From NCBI GenBank assembly GCA_044356455.1, contig JBIKWF010000043.1:1-32806 (forward strand): a stretch of 32,806 nucleotides of DNA. Direction: 5' to 3'. A program made the translations under genes and the position numbers. Every line of letters starts with the position of its first letter. Position 1 is the stretch's first letter. Below, one piece after another: positions 17,549 to 26,039 of the stretch. The notes under the pieces are model-generated. The model was not told the DNA's origin and did no database searches. It worked only from the letters and a program-made list of their open reading frames with translations. The DNA comes from Bdellovibrionota bacterium (GTDB taxonomy: Bacteria; Bdellovibrionota_C; UBA2361; JBGSMV01).

Positions 17549-18424
17549 CTAGCGCGCTTTTGTAAGCTCCGCAGCAGGCGCAGCCGCCTCACCTCGAAAC
17601 ACCCCCTCCGTAATATCTTCAGCTCGATATCCCCGATTGGTATCTAGGCCTTTAAGCCACCAGGTGTGCGCGTGCAGTCGGAGGGGAGCACGAATTCTTT
17701 CATCGAAATAGGTCGGCCAAAGAATACCGTTAATACGCTGGAAATTCTTGAAGGTTACATCGACTTCTGCTCCACGCGTCGAGGGAGAGCCATTTAAGGT
17801 TAGCAGCACGCGAAGTAATAGGTGATTTTCCTTGTCGATTGAGAGTAAGACTCGGTCCTCCTCTGAGAAGCCAAAACCAGGACGGAGAACCGCAGCTACG
17901 GAGTACGTATCTCGTTCATCCACCTTGCCATCCGGGGCCGAGAACCAAGTAACTCCCGATCTCTGGAAGTAAAAAGGGCCCAAAAGGAACAGCCGGTATA
18001 CTTGGGCGACAAGCGTCGAAGATTGGATAATCGCGTCGTCGGTGACGGGCGATGAATTGAGCCATACTTTGCTAGAAGTGGGCGAGGAGGCCACAAATTT
18101 GTTTCCAGCGGGGCCTGTGTGACTCTGACTTATTACTTGCTCAGAAATGAGAAGTCGTTCCTCCGAGCCCTGACGATGTTCAACGTCAGCTAGAATCTTT
18201 TGAAAGCTCGGACCAAGGTATGACCATTCTCCGGCGTATCGTACGTTCAGATCTCTAACCTCTGCAAAAGCTTCAGCTCCGTGCGCACTCATAGACTTGC
18301 GCCAGATACTCTCAGCCTCCCCAGAGGGAGCTTGCGTTTGCAGTCGGCTGAGAGTGGTGGGCGCACATCCGCTGCTCAGGACCAGCAGAGTTACCAATAG
18401 GCATCTTATCACCACAACTTCCAT
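17549..18424 (-). CDS. Hypothetical lipoprotein
   Basis: Lipobox LSSGC; SMSAHGAEAF...FKNFQRINGILWPT pattern suggests an outer-membrane lipoprotein-sorting-like fold; start 18424 preferred. Confidence 0.7.
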   Translation of the reverse strand: MEVVVIRCLLVTLLVLSSGCAPTTLSRLQTQAPSGEAESIWRKSMSAHGAEAFAEVRDLNVRYAGEWSYLGPSFQKILADVEHRQGSEERLLISEQVISQSHTGPAGNKFVASSPTSSKVWLNSSPVTDDAIIQSSTLVAQVYRLFLLGPFYFQRSGVTWFSAPDGKVDERDTYSVAAVLRPGFGFSEEDRVLLSIDKENHLLLRVLLTLNGSPSTRGAEVDVTFKNFQRINGILWPTYFDERIRAPLRLHAHTWWLKGLDTNRGYRAEDITEGVFRGEAAAPAAELTKAR

Positions 18425-18562
18425 CCTTGAGCTCCAAAGTAGTGTGTAAAGGGAAGTCAAACGTAACATTATGGTATTGCGGGACCAAGCGAACTTAAAA
18501 TCGCCAAGGTGTGGATGTGAGAGGCCTTTTTAACGAAGTGCGAGCTTCTACCCCCTAAACCA

Positions 18563-18592
18563 TTGACAGAAAAACCTCTATCGCTCTACCGT
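18563..18592 (+). promoter_or_regulatory. Candidate sigma70 promoter for tRNA-Ser(CGA)
   Basis: TTGACA (18563-18568), 18 nt, TACCGT (18587-18592), about 100 nt upstream of the tRNA. Confidence 0.5.
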
Positions 18593-18695
18593 CCTCCCCC
18601 TGTGGTTTGCTCGACTTGGCACTGCCAGGAGCACCCGAGGAGCGTAGCGGGTTCAGTCCCGCGTACTACCTTGTGGTAAGAGAAAAATCACCCGC

Positions 18696-18787
18696 GGAGA
18701 GATGGCCGAGTGGTTGAAGGCGCTTGATTCGAAATCAAGTATACGGTTAACGCTGTATCGGGGGTTCGAATCCCCCTCTCTCCGCCA
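18696..18787 (+). tRNA. tRNA-Ser(CGA)
   Basis: CTTGA-TTCGAAA-TCAAG anticodon arm, long variable arm, GCCA end. Confidence 0.97.
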
Positions 18788-18906
18788 TAAAGCGCCGCCG
18801 AGCGAAGCGAGCAAGCTTTATGGCGCCGCGGCACAGCGAAGCGAAGCCGGGCGTGCCCCAAACCACCTTAGCTCCTCCGTGCGCCGACTGAGCGAAGCGA
18901 AGGCGC
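18788..18906 (+). repeat. Repeat array D (1 unit plus terminal half unit) fused to tRNA-Ser(CGA)
   Basis: Same unit; ends GCGCCGACTGAGCGAAGCGAAGGCGC. Confidence 0.95.
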
Positions 18907-18911
18907 CCAAG

Positions 18912-19338
18912 CACGAATCCACAAAAAAGATAATAGATCACAGCTAAGAGCAGCTCGTTGCCCCACGCGCCCTGCCCGCATTAATCCGAAGTTCTCCTTT
19001 CCGTCGATCAACACAAGCCCCTGCGGATTCGGAAACTGAATTCATGAGCACCCCAGGAAAGGTTTGTAGTTATGATTGGCAGGGTGTCAATTCGCTCTAC
19101 CGAGTTGCATGCCGCTGAGTATTGGGGGGGGCTTGAAGGTGCTCGATAGAGACTGTGACCACTCTGCTATTTGAGTGCTTTGCATAATTGGAGCGAGGTG
19201 AAATGTTAATTGTTGCAATTGGGGCCTCTGTGCAACGTGCTGAAACGTATCCTAAATTGTGGGATTTTGTTAAATCCTCAGACTGGTGACTGCAAATGTT
19301 TAGAGTATTTGAGCAAGTTGACCAGCGAGCAGTAAGCC
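18912..19338 (+). repeat. ~430-bp non-coding direct repeat, copy 1
   Basis: Identical to 24483-24621 for 139 bp, then colinear with many substitutions up to about 19338/24911. Confidence 0.9.
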
Positions 19339-19577
19339 CGTCACGGCAGTAGACCCACGGGACGACTCTCCAATAGTTCCGGTAATCAATATCATTGCGG
19401 CCAGGAGCTCGAAGAGAGAGGAAGGATCCTCGGACACAAAGAGATCAATCGACGTGTCCTAGCGTCCGAAAGATAAGTGCTAACTCCTCGATGCCTCTTG
19501 TTGTGCTTGACTACTTGGTGCTGTCTGTTAGCGTTCAACAGCACTTTCAAACACCTGGCATCAACGAGGGAATCCCC

Positions 19578-20396
19578 ATGAGAATTATCGCGATTGCGAC
19601 TCTTCTATCTGCGCTCGTAAGTAGCGATGCATTCGCCGCTCCTCTTCGAGTGTGCCTTGATAAGAGTGGAAAACTTATTGCAGCTGCGAAGTGCGGGAGA
19701 GGTCAAATTCCAGTTACTTCCGCAACTCTTGATACTCTTGGATTCCGCGGTGCTCCAGGGACTCCAGGTGCCGCGGGCGCTCCGGGTGCCGCCGGGGCTA
19801 CGGGTGCAACTGGTCCGACGGGGCTGACTGGACCAGTCGGGCCGACAGGGATTGCGGGGCCACAAGGAGAGCCTGGGACGCCTGGTGCGCAAGGTCCAAC
19901 TGGAGAGCCAGGTCCTATAGGTCCAGTCGGCCCTGGTCTAGCTTTGTATGATGCAAATCAGCAGGAGGTCGGGCCGGTCCTCGGCTATGGATGTCCGCTT
20001 AATCCAGGCATCGCAGGCCCCTTCGCCGCGGTGCTAACCTCGCTCTCAATAGAGAGCAAAGTTTATCCCGTTTGCGCAACTCGGGCAGGATTTGTTTTGA
20101 TCCAAGATGTCTTCTTTACTTCGCCAGGTTGCACCGGTCCTATGTATGGGTTCCCGGGAGACTTTAGCGCCGCGCCCGACTCCCTCCTTGCCGGCAACAT
20201 CGTGAATAAACTAGGCGGGCGAACTGTTCTTCTGCGGCCAAATTTTGACCAGGGACGTCAAACTATCAGTAGGAACTCATATCTCAATAGTGAGGGCACG
20301 TGCCTTGAGAATTCCGCAACCATGACCAACGTGCTTTCACTCATCGAGGAAGCGGATCTTTCGGCGCTGTATCCCGCTCCTTTAGTGGTGCGATAG
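19578..20396 (+). CDS. Secreted collagen-like protein
   Basis: GAGGGA RBS, signal peptide MRIIAIATLLSALVSSDAFA, 22 consecutive Gly-X-Y triplets, Cys-containing N- and C-domains. Start 19578 preferred over 19395. Confidence 0.88.
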   Translation: MRIIAIATLLSALVSSDAFAAPLRVCLDKSGKLIAAAKCGRGQIPVTSATLDTLGFRGAPGTPGAAGAPGAAGATGATGPTGLTGPVGPTGIAGPQGEPGTPGAQGPTGEPGPIGPVGPGLALYDANQQEVGPVLGYGCPLNPGIAGPFAAVLTSLSIESKVYPVCATRAGFVLIQDVFFTSPGCTGPMYGFPGDFSAAPDSLLAGNIVNKLGGRTVLLRPNFDQGRQTISRNSYLNSEGTCLENSATMTNVLSLIEEADLSALYPAPLVVR

Positions 20397-20476
20397 ATTG
20401 AGCAAGGGTCATATGCGCAGCGGGACGATTCGTTGGTTATTTCGAAGCTGAGTCGCAGGGAAGCATCGGATCAAGC

Positions 20477-21799
20477 ATGGGAGAGCCGGCGAATCTCAAT
20501 GAGCCCCTCAGTCGAGCTGGTGTCGTAAGCTTAGCCTTCATTTTTTACCTCTGCATAAGTGCTCATCCGTGCCTCGGCGACTCGTCGGTTAACGATCGAT
20601 ACAAACAGCCGATGTCGTTCTCTAGATTCGAGCCTTGCGTTGGAACCGCCTCATTCTGCGGCGAGCACATTCTTGGAATTGGTGTCATTACCGAAAGCAC
20701 CGCGAGCGAGCTGTTAGCTCTGAAACCGGGGGCTGGGCAGGACTTGTATCTACACAGCCCAGGAGGGAGTCTGGTTGGTGGCCTGGCCCTAGGGTACGCG
20801 ATTCGATCGCTGCGACTGGATACAGTTGTCGGTGGTCCCTATGAAATGGAGGATCGGAAGACGGATGAGTTGGTCACGCTTGTTGAAGAGTCCTCTTGTG
20901 CCTCCTCCTGCGCGTACGCGTTTTTAGGTGGCCAAGCAAGAACGGTCGAGGAGGAAAGAGCTCTTCTCTTTCATCAGTTCTACTCCGAGACCGGCAAGGG
21001 AGATCTTTCAGTGACGCAGGACATGGTGGCGGCTCTCCTGTCTTATTTTGATGCAATGTCTGTAGATCGTAAGGGATTGGATGCCGCGTTGAGTACACAT
21101 CCGGGGCAACTGTCCTATCTTTCTCACCAGGAACTCACCCGTCTAAAAATTCATTTTCAGGGGGGATTCTCCGAATCGAGAGACGCTAGTGACGCTCTGG
21201 ATTGGAAGGTGCTTTTTTCGCCTGACAGAGTCCCCTATCTCGAGGCTGATGCTCGGACGAACAGAAATAAGGGAGATCTTACCCTCAAACTTTGGATGGA
21301 GGAAGAGAAAGTAAAATTACAGTTGAGTGTGCTTTGGGATAAAAATATTCCTGCTCAGGAACTAGGGGAGGTATTCAGCATTTTTCAAGCTAAGAATTGT
21401 TATGATTCGAAAGCCAAGGCAATGATACCGTGCGAGAACTCTGATTACCTTATTCACATTGTTAATTGCGCTAGTGCTTCGACATGCCCGACAATCGCCA
21501 CAGCGGATTCCCGAATCATTCTCGGCGAGGCACGGCAATGGATTCTCCCCGTTGCTCTAGATTTCTCTTCCCTCGAGAAGGTGGCTACTTCAAGTGATCC
21601 GAATCTTAAGTTCTTCACCTGTGTCCCAAATGTTTACATTGAGTATGACTTCTGCCCGGAAATTCCCGTGACTCGTCGACTCATTGAACTATTGTCGCTA
21701 TTGCGGGCGGCGGGAGCTGAGGTAGTGAAGCCAAAAGCCACGAAGGATGAGACTGGCAATTGGGTAGATTACTTTAGGCGTCTATTCGCATGGCCGTGA
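20477..21799 (+). CDS. Periplasmic ClpP/crotonase-like-fold protein (COG3904-like) with C-terminal extension
   Basis: LHSPGGSLVGGLALGYAIR...CASSCAYAFLGG..R....LFHQF motifs. Confidence 0.7.
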   Translation: MGEPANLNEPLSRAGVVSLAFIFYLCISAHPCLGDSSVNDRYKQPMSFSRFEPCVGTASFCGEHILGIGVITESTASELLALKPGAGQDLYLHSPGGSLVGGLALGYAIRSLRLDTVVGGPYEMEDRKTDELVTLVEESSCASSCAYAFLGGQARTVEEERALLFHQFYSETGKGDLSVTQDMVAALLSYFDAMSVDRKGLDAALSTHPGQLSYLSHQELTRLKIHFQGGFSESRDASDALDWKVLFSPDRVPYLEADARTNRNKGDLTLKLWMEEEKVKLQLSVLWDKNIPAQELGEVFSIFQAKNCYDSKAKAMIPCENSDYLIHIVNCASASTCPTIATADSRIILGEARQWILPVALDFSSLEKVATSSDPNLKFFTCVPNVYIEYDFCPEIPVTRRLIELLSLLRAAGAEVVKPKATKDETGNWVDYFRRLFAWP

Positions 21800-21909
21800 T
21801 TCGATCCTGCCAAAAGTCGGAAAAGCGTCTGAATAAAGTGTTTCACATTACTTGCGCGGCGCGCTAGTCTTTCGCGAAAGGTGGCCCTTTGACGCCATAG
21901 GAGAATCAT

Positions 21910-22689
21910 ATGCACTTTTCTTCTAAGCTAGCTTTCTCGTCTCTCGTGTTTTTATTCACAGCCTGTGGCGGAGGAGGGGGGGGGAGTTCGGACAGCTCTA
22001 ACGCATGCGACGATCTCAATTTAAGGGTGTTTGGTGGAGACCAATGCAACTACTCCCGAAGCCCTGTTGTCGCAATTGTGGGTTTTTCGTTAGAGGGAGC
22101 TCCGATTAGTAACTGCTCGGCCACGATGGTAACTGTGAATGATGCCCTGACCGCGGCGCATTGTGTTGCCGTGGCGTCTTCCCCGGGTGGTGCCGCGGTG
22201 TTTGCCGACGGTCGATTCCACAATATTGTAGGGGGCCGCAATCATCCATTCTATGACGGTCAGGTAGATTCTCCTTACGACGTAGCAATGATTACCATCG
22301 ATAGCGTTTTGGATATCGGCCCCGTTCCTCTACTGATTTCCGACCCGATAGCCACGGGCGAGCGCATTACTATTTTTGGTTATGGGCGCAACGAAAATTC
22401 TGGCTATCAGCCTCAGGCAGAGGATTTTCGGGCGGGTTTCATGGAGATTGGGGCGGTTACCCCTTTCCAGTTCAGCGCTTCGTTCGATAGCACCGGCAGC
22501 GCTATTTGCCAGGGGGATTCAGGGGGGCCCGCTACCCAGACCGTCGGTGGGATAACCTCCGTGGTTGGGGTTACAAGTTTTACCGTTAACGGCTGTCAGG
22601 ATGGGTCAATCTCTGGTTTCGTGAACGTTCAAAACCCAGAAATTTACGAGTTCGTTAAAGCATACGCGGCTGATGTAACTTTGCGGTAG
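21910..22689 (+). CDS. Trypsin-like (S1) serine protease, lipoprotein
   Basis: AGGAG RBS, lipobox FTAC, catalytic motifs LTAAHC, DVAM, CQGDSGGP. Confidence 0.93.
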   Translation: MHFSSKLAFSSLVFLFTACGGGGGGSSDSSNACDDLNLRVFGGDQCNYSRSPVVAIVGFSLEGAPISNCSATMVTVNDALTAAHCVAVASSPGGAAVFADGRFHNIVGGRNHPFYDGQVDSPYDVAMITIDSVLDIGPVPLLISDPIATGERITIFGYGRNENSGYQPQAEDFRAGFMEIGAVTPFQFSASFDSTGSAICQGDSGGPATQTVGGITSVVGVTSFTVNGCQDGSISGFVNVQNPEIYEFVKAYAADVTLR

Positions 22690-22753
22690 TCCCGGGTTTG
22701 AGAGAGGAATTCCGCATCTACGAAATTGATAGGGCCCGGCGTTTGAGGCGCGA

Positions 22754-23794
22754 TTAGGACACTCCCATTCCAGATAATTTTCGAAGTAGATTTTGTACGT
22801 TGTTCAATTCGCGGGTGAATTCTCGCTTTGTTCGGACAGTCGCTGCAGAATTTAGTGTAGAGATAATTTTCTTGAGAACAGCGCGTCTTCGACCATCCGC
22901 AAGGCGATTTAACTGATTGACCGCCTTTGCTAGAGCGTTAAAATTTTTGACAAGTGTGGGGAAGTCCTTCGCGCGAATCACGCTACCGCAGGTTTTAATA
23001 GCCTTATCGGCTTTGGTCTTGAATTCGATCAGGCGTCCGGAAACGAACTGAATATCAGCAAATTGGAATAAGAACGCCTGCGAAGAGGTGGATTGCAGGT
23101 CGACGTAGAAAGACGAGTCGTTCCCTGTAGCGACACAAATTCCAGCCAGTACTTGGGTAGAACCTCCTGAGACCACTCCTATAGCGGCAGAGATCTTTCC
23201 AAATTGCTGTACAAGAGGGCCCCCTGAATCACCGGAGCAGGTACTGGCGTTTGACAAGTTCAAGAGTGTTTCGAACATCCCCGGTGGGAGAGTTGCGATT
23301 CGCACGGGAGCTGCCTTGGCAAGCAAGTCGGTTGTTTCATTCGCCCCGAATCCCCCTACAACAGCCAGCTCGCCAGACCTCACTGGATCGTCCAAAAGAA
23401 TCGGGGTAGGGAGAGCCTCCGTAACGGGGTTGCTTAGTTCAAGGACTCCCAAATCATGACGGTTATTAAAGAGGCTAAAAGGAACGGATCTTATGTAGAA
23501 AGGATGGATGTATCGCTGGCGCACGGACCGTAGTTGACCGTAAAGCCCCACAACGTAAGCTTCGTTCGGAATTTCCGACTCAAGGCAGTGTGCCGCGGTT
23601 AGGACCGTACTGGATCCCACAAGTAATCCGGAGCAACGACTCCCGTCGCCGAACTCAATGTAAGCGAGGTTTGTGTTGTAAGGATCGATTGTTGTGCCGC
23701 CAAGTAAGGGGGATGTTCCATGCTCCTGTGCCGCTAAGGGTATAGTGAGAGCTAGGATGAATATAGAAAGAGAAATGAGCCCCCTGGTAAGCAT
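22754..23794 (-). CDS. Secreted trypsin-like (S1) serine protease with basic helical C-terminal extension
   Basis: Signal peptide, LTAAHC, DLGV, CSGDSGGP; about 90 Lys/Arg-rich residues after the protease domain. Confidence 0.93.
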   Translation of the reverse strand: MLTRGLISLSIFILALTIPLAAQEHGTSPLLGGTTIDPYNTNLAYIEFGDGSRCSGLLVGSSTVLTAAHCLESEIPNEAYVVGLYGQLRSVRQRYIHPFYIRSVPFSLFNNRHDLGVLELSNPVTEALPTPILLDDPVRSGELAVVGGFGANETTDLLAKAAPVRIATLPPGMFETLLNLSNASTCSGDSGGPLVQQFGKISAAIGVVSGGSTQVLAGICVATGNDSSFYVDLQSTSSQAFLFQFADIQFVSGRLIEFKTKADKAIKTCGSVIRAKDFPTLVKNFNALAKAVNQLNRLADGRRRAVLKKIISTLNSAATVRTKREFTRELNNVQNLLRKLSGMGVS

Positions 23795-24029
23795 ATTGGC
23801 CTCGCTGGTTCTTGAACTCTAAGCCTGGGATAGCACAGGGGAGCTAGAGAATCATCCGTTACCTTGGTGACCCTAAGTGCCTTAACGCTAGTTCGAGGCT
23901 CGTCCTTGGGACACTCCTGGGGCAATCCTTGGTAACTCATCATCGAAAAGCACTTTCAATCACCGTATCCGATCCACTCTAACTGCCTAGAAATATGGGA
24001 AAACATCGTCGTGATGTTTCGGAAGTGTG

Positions 24030-24091
24030 GATTCGAAATCAAGTATACGGTTAACGCTGTATCGGGGGTTCGAATCCCCCTCTCTCCGCCA
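24030..24091 (+). repeat. Displaced 3' fragment of tRNA-Ser(CGA) (att site)
   Basis: Exact copy of 18726-18787; the 5' half of the tRNA is absent. Confidence 0.92.
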
Positions 24092-24477
24092 TAAAGCGCC
24101 GCCGAGCGAAGCGAGCAAGCTTTATGGCGCCGCGGCGCAGCGAAGCGGAGCCGGGCGTGCTGAAATCACCCTATCTCTCCCGCGCGCCGCCGAGCGAAGC
24201 GAGCAAGCTTTATGGCGCCGCGGCGCAGCGAAGCGGAGCCGGGCGTGCTGAAATCACCTTAGCCCTTCCAAGCGCCGACTGAGCGAAGCGAGCAAGCTTT
24301 ATGGCGCCGCGGCACAGCGAAGCGAAGCCGGGCGTGCCCCAAACCACCTTAGCTCCTCCGTGCGCCGACTGAGCGAAGCGAGCAAGCTTTATGGCGCCGC
24401 GGCGCAGCGAAGCGGAGCCGGGCGTGCCTCAAATCACCTCAGCCCTTCCGTGCGCCGACTGAGCGAAGCGAAGGCGC
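24092..24477 (+). repeat. Repeat array E (4 units plus terminal half unit)
   Basis: Unit starts at 24096, 24184, 24272, 24362, 24452 (periods 88, 88, 90, 90). Confidence 0.96.
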
Positions 24478-24482
24478 TCACA

Positions 24483-24911
24483 CACGAATCCACAAAAAAG
24501 ATAATAGATCACAGCTAAGAGCAGCTCGTTGCCCCACGCGCCCTGCCCGCATTAATCCGAAGTTCTCCTTTCCGTCGATCAACACAAGCCCCTGCGGATT
24601 CGGAAACTGAATTCATGAGCATCCCAGCAAAGGTTTGTAGTGATGGTTGGAAGGGGGGGCAATTCGCTCTCCCGAGTTACATGCTGCTGAGTATTGGGGG
24701 GGGGCTATAAGGTGCTCGTTAGAGACTGTGGCCGCTCCGCTATTCGAGTGGTTTGTAAAATCGGTGTGAGGCGAGATGTTAATTGTTGTAATTGGGGCCT
24801 CTGTGTAACATGTTGAAATGCATCAAAAATTAGCGAGTTTTGTTAAATCCTCCGACTGACGGCTGTAAATGTCTAGAGTGCTCAAACCGTTCGATCTGCG
24901 AGTGGTGAGCC
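24483..24911 (+). repeat. ~430-bp non-coding direct repeat, copy 2
   Basis: Colinear with 18912-19338. Confidence 0.9.
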
Positions 24912-25102
24912 TGGCCTATAACTCTCATCTCACCAACACAGTCATGGACCTGCAATTCTTAAGGCGTATACCGTCTTGGGGGATCGACCCCGATGAGGCG
25001 CTGCTGAATTGGAGTAGTTATCTTCTTACGGGGCTTCTAGAAGAGATGCAAAAAATCGGGGAGCATGATTTTCTCAATTGCAGTAGATCCCGTTATTGAA
25101 AG

Positions 25103-25504
25103 CTATTCAAAAACTACCAGTTCACCTTTTGGTCCATTCATCTCAACGTGGAACTCTTTAATCAGATCAAAACCAAGCAAGCCATCAATGTTCGCATTTT
25201 CAAGATGGTCAAAATCAAAAGCAGCCACTAAAGGTTGAGAAAACTTTTTGCCCAACACCGTCAACTCTTTTAGGTGAAGCGTGTAGCCGACCTCCAACGG
25301 TCCGGTCGGTCCAGAAACCGTTGCTTCTTGAATTCCATCACGAGCTGAATAACCAAGACTTTCAATTATGCGGGTACTAAATTGCGTAAGTGCTGCTCCT
25401 GTATCAAACACAAGACGCACATTGATAGGTTTTCCGGTGCCGACCAATTTCCCAGAAATGAGAGGTGTATTCTTGTGAGGGTTAATTTTGTAGCAGCGCT
25501 TCAT
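25103..25504 (-). CDS. Retropepsin-like (clan AA) aspartyl protease
   Basis: LVFDTGA active-site motif and DGLLGFDLI; single domain, no signal peptide. Confidence 0.88.
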   Translation of the reverse strand: MKRCYKINPHKNTPLISGKLVGTGKPINVRLVFDTGAALTQFSTRIIESLGYSARDGIQEATVSGPTGPLEVGYTLHLKELTVLGKKFSQPLVAAFDFDHLENANIDGLLGFDLIKEFHVEMNGPKGELVVFE

Positions 25505-25770
25505 TTTACTGTACCAGAATACTGATGAAGATTAGCACTGAAGATGTGGTTCGACTGCTCAGAGAATATCTCACCAACATATACGATAGCAGCTTCACAG
25601 CCAGGTCGATTAAGAATGAGTTTGTGAAATTCCTTTTTATCCTTTGAATGAACTCTTACAACTCCCGATTGAGGGTCTGCTTCCGTTTCGTCCCATTCAA
25701 AATCCACTAGCTCTACCCACTCGCCATCGTATTGTTTTTTGATCTCATCCCAGCTTAGTTTTTTGCTCAT
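25501..25770 (-). CDS. Small acidic protein (DUF5678-like), coupled to the aspartyl protease
   Basis: EIKKQYDGEWVELVD...GVVRVHSKDK; GAGAGG RBS; ATGA overlap with the next gene. Confidence 0.7.
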   Translation of the reverse strand: MSKKLSWDEIKKQYDGEWVELVDFEWDETEADPQSGVVRVHSKDKKEFHKLILNRPGCEAAIVYVGEIFSEQSNHIFSANLHQYSGTVK

Positions 25771-26039
25771 GGGGCCTCTCGTTCATTTAGAATGATGGTT
25801 TGAGCCTATCATCTTATATCTAATTTTTACACAGTGTTCTTCAACCCCGCTTTCGGGAAAGTGGCGCCAGTGTCGCTTTTTAATGTGCCGAAATATTCTA
25901 CTTCACAACCTGTTTCTAAGCATCTTCATTCCCTTGTGAATATCTCTGCCTTGAACTGATCCAAGAATGACCATGAAGATAATGAGCATCGTTCAAACAG
26001 CCGCCGACCAAGCCAATTTTCCTGGCACAGTAGGTCAGA

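Larger units (their letters stand above)
18726..24091. mobile_element. 5.3-kb genomic island integrated in tRNA-Ser(CGA), no integrase
   Basis: 62-bp exact direct repeat of the tRNA 3' half (18726-18787 = 24030-24091) starting at the anticodon loop; four secreted-protein genes in between. Confidence 0.75.

Noticed and set aside
18702..18947. ORFs 18702..18947, 18747..18941 and the related 24027..24251
   Set aside because: Read-through of tRNA-Ser(CGA) sequence and the repeats.
24030..24091. Second functional tRNA-Ser(CGA)
   Set aside because: The 5' acceptor strand, D arm and most of the 5' anticodon stem are missing.
24092..24477. CRISPR array
   Set aside because: The constant part is 65-66 bp, the variable parts are homologous to each other, and there are no cas genes in the window.
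24869..25099. 76-aa ORF
   Set aside because: Starts within the non-coding direct repeat, lacks an RBS and has no motif.
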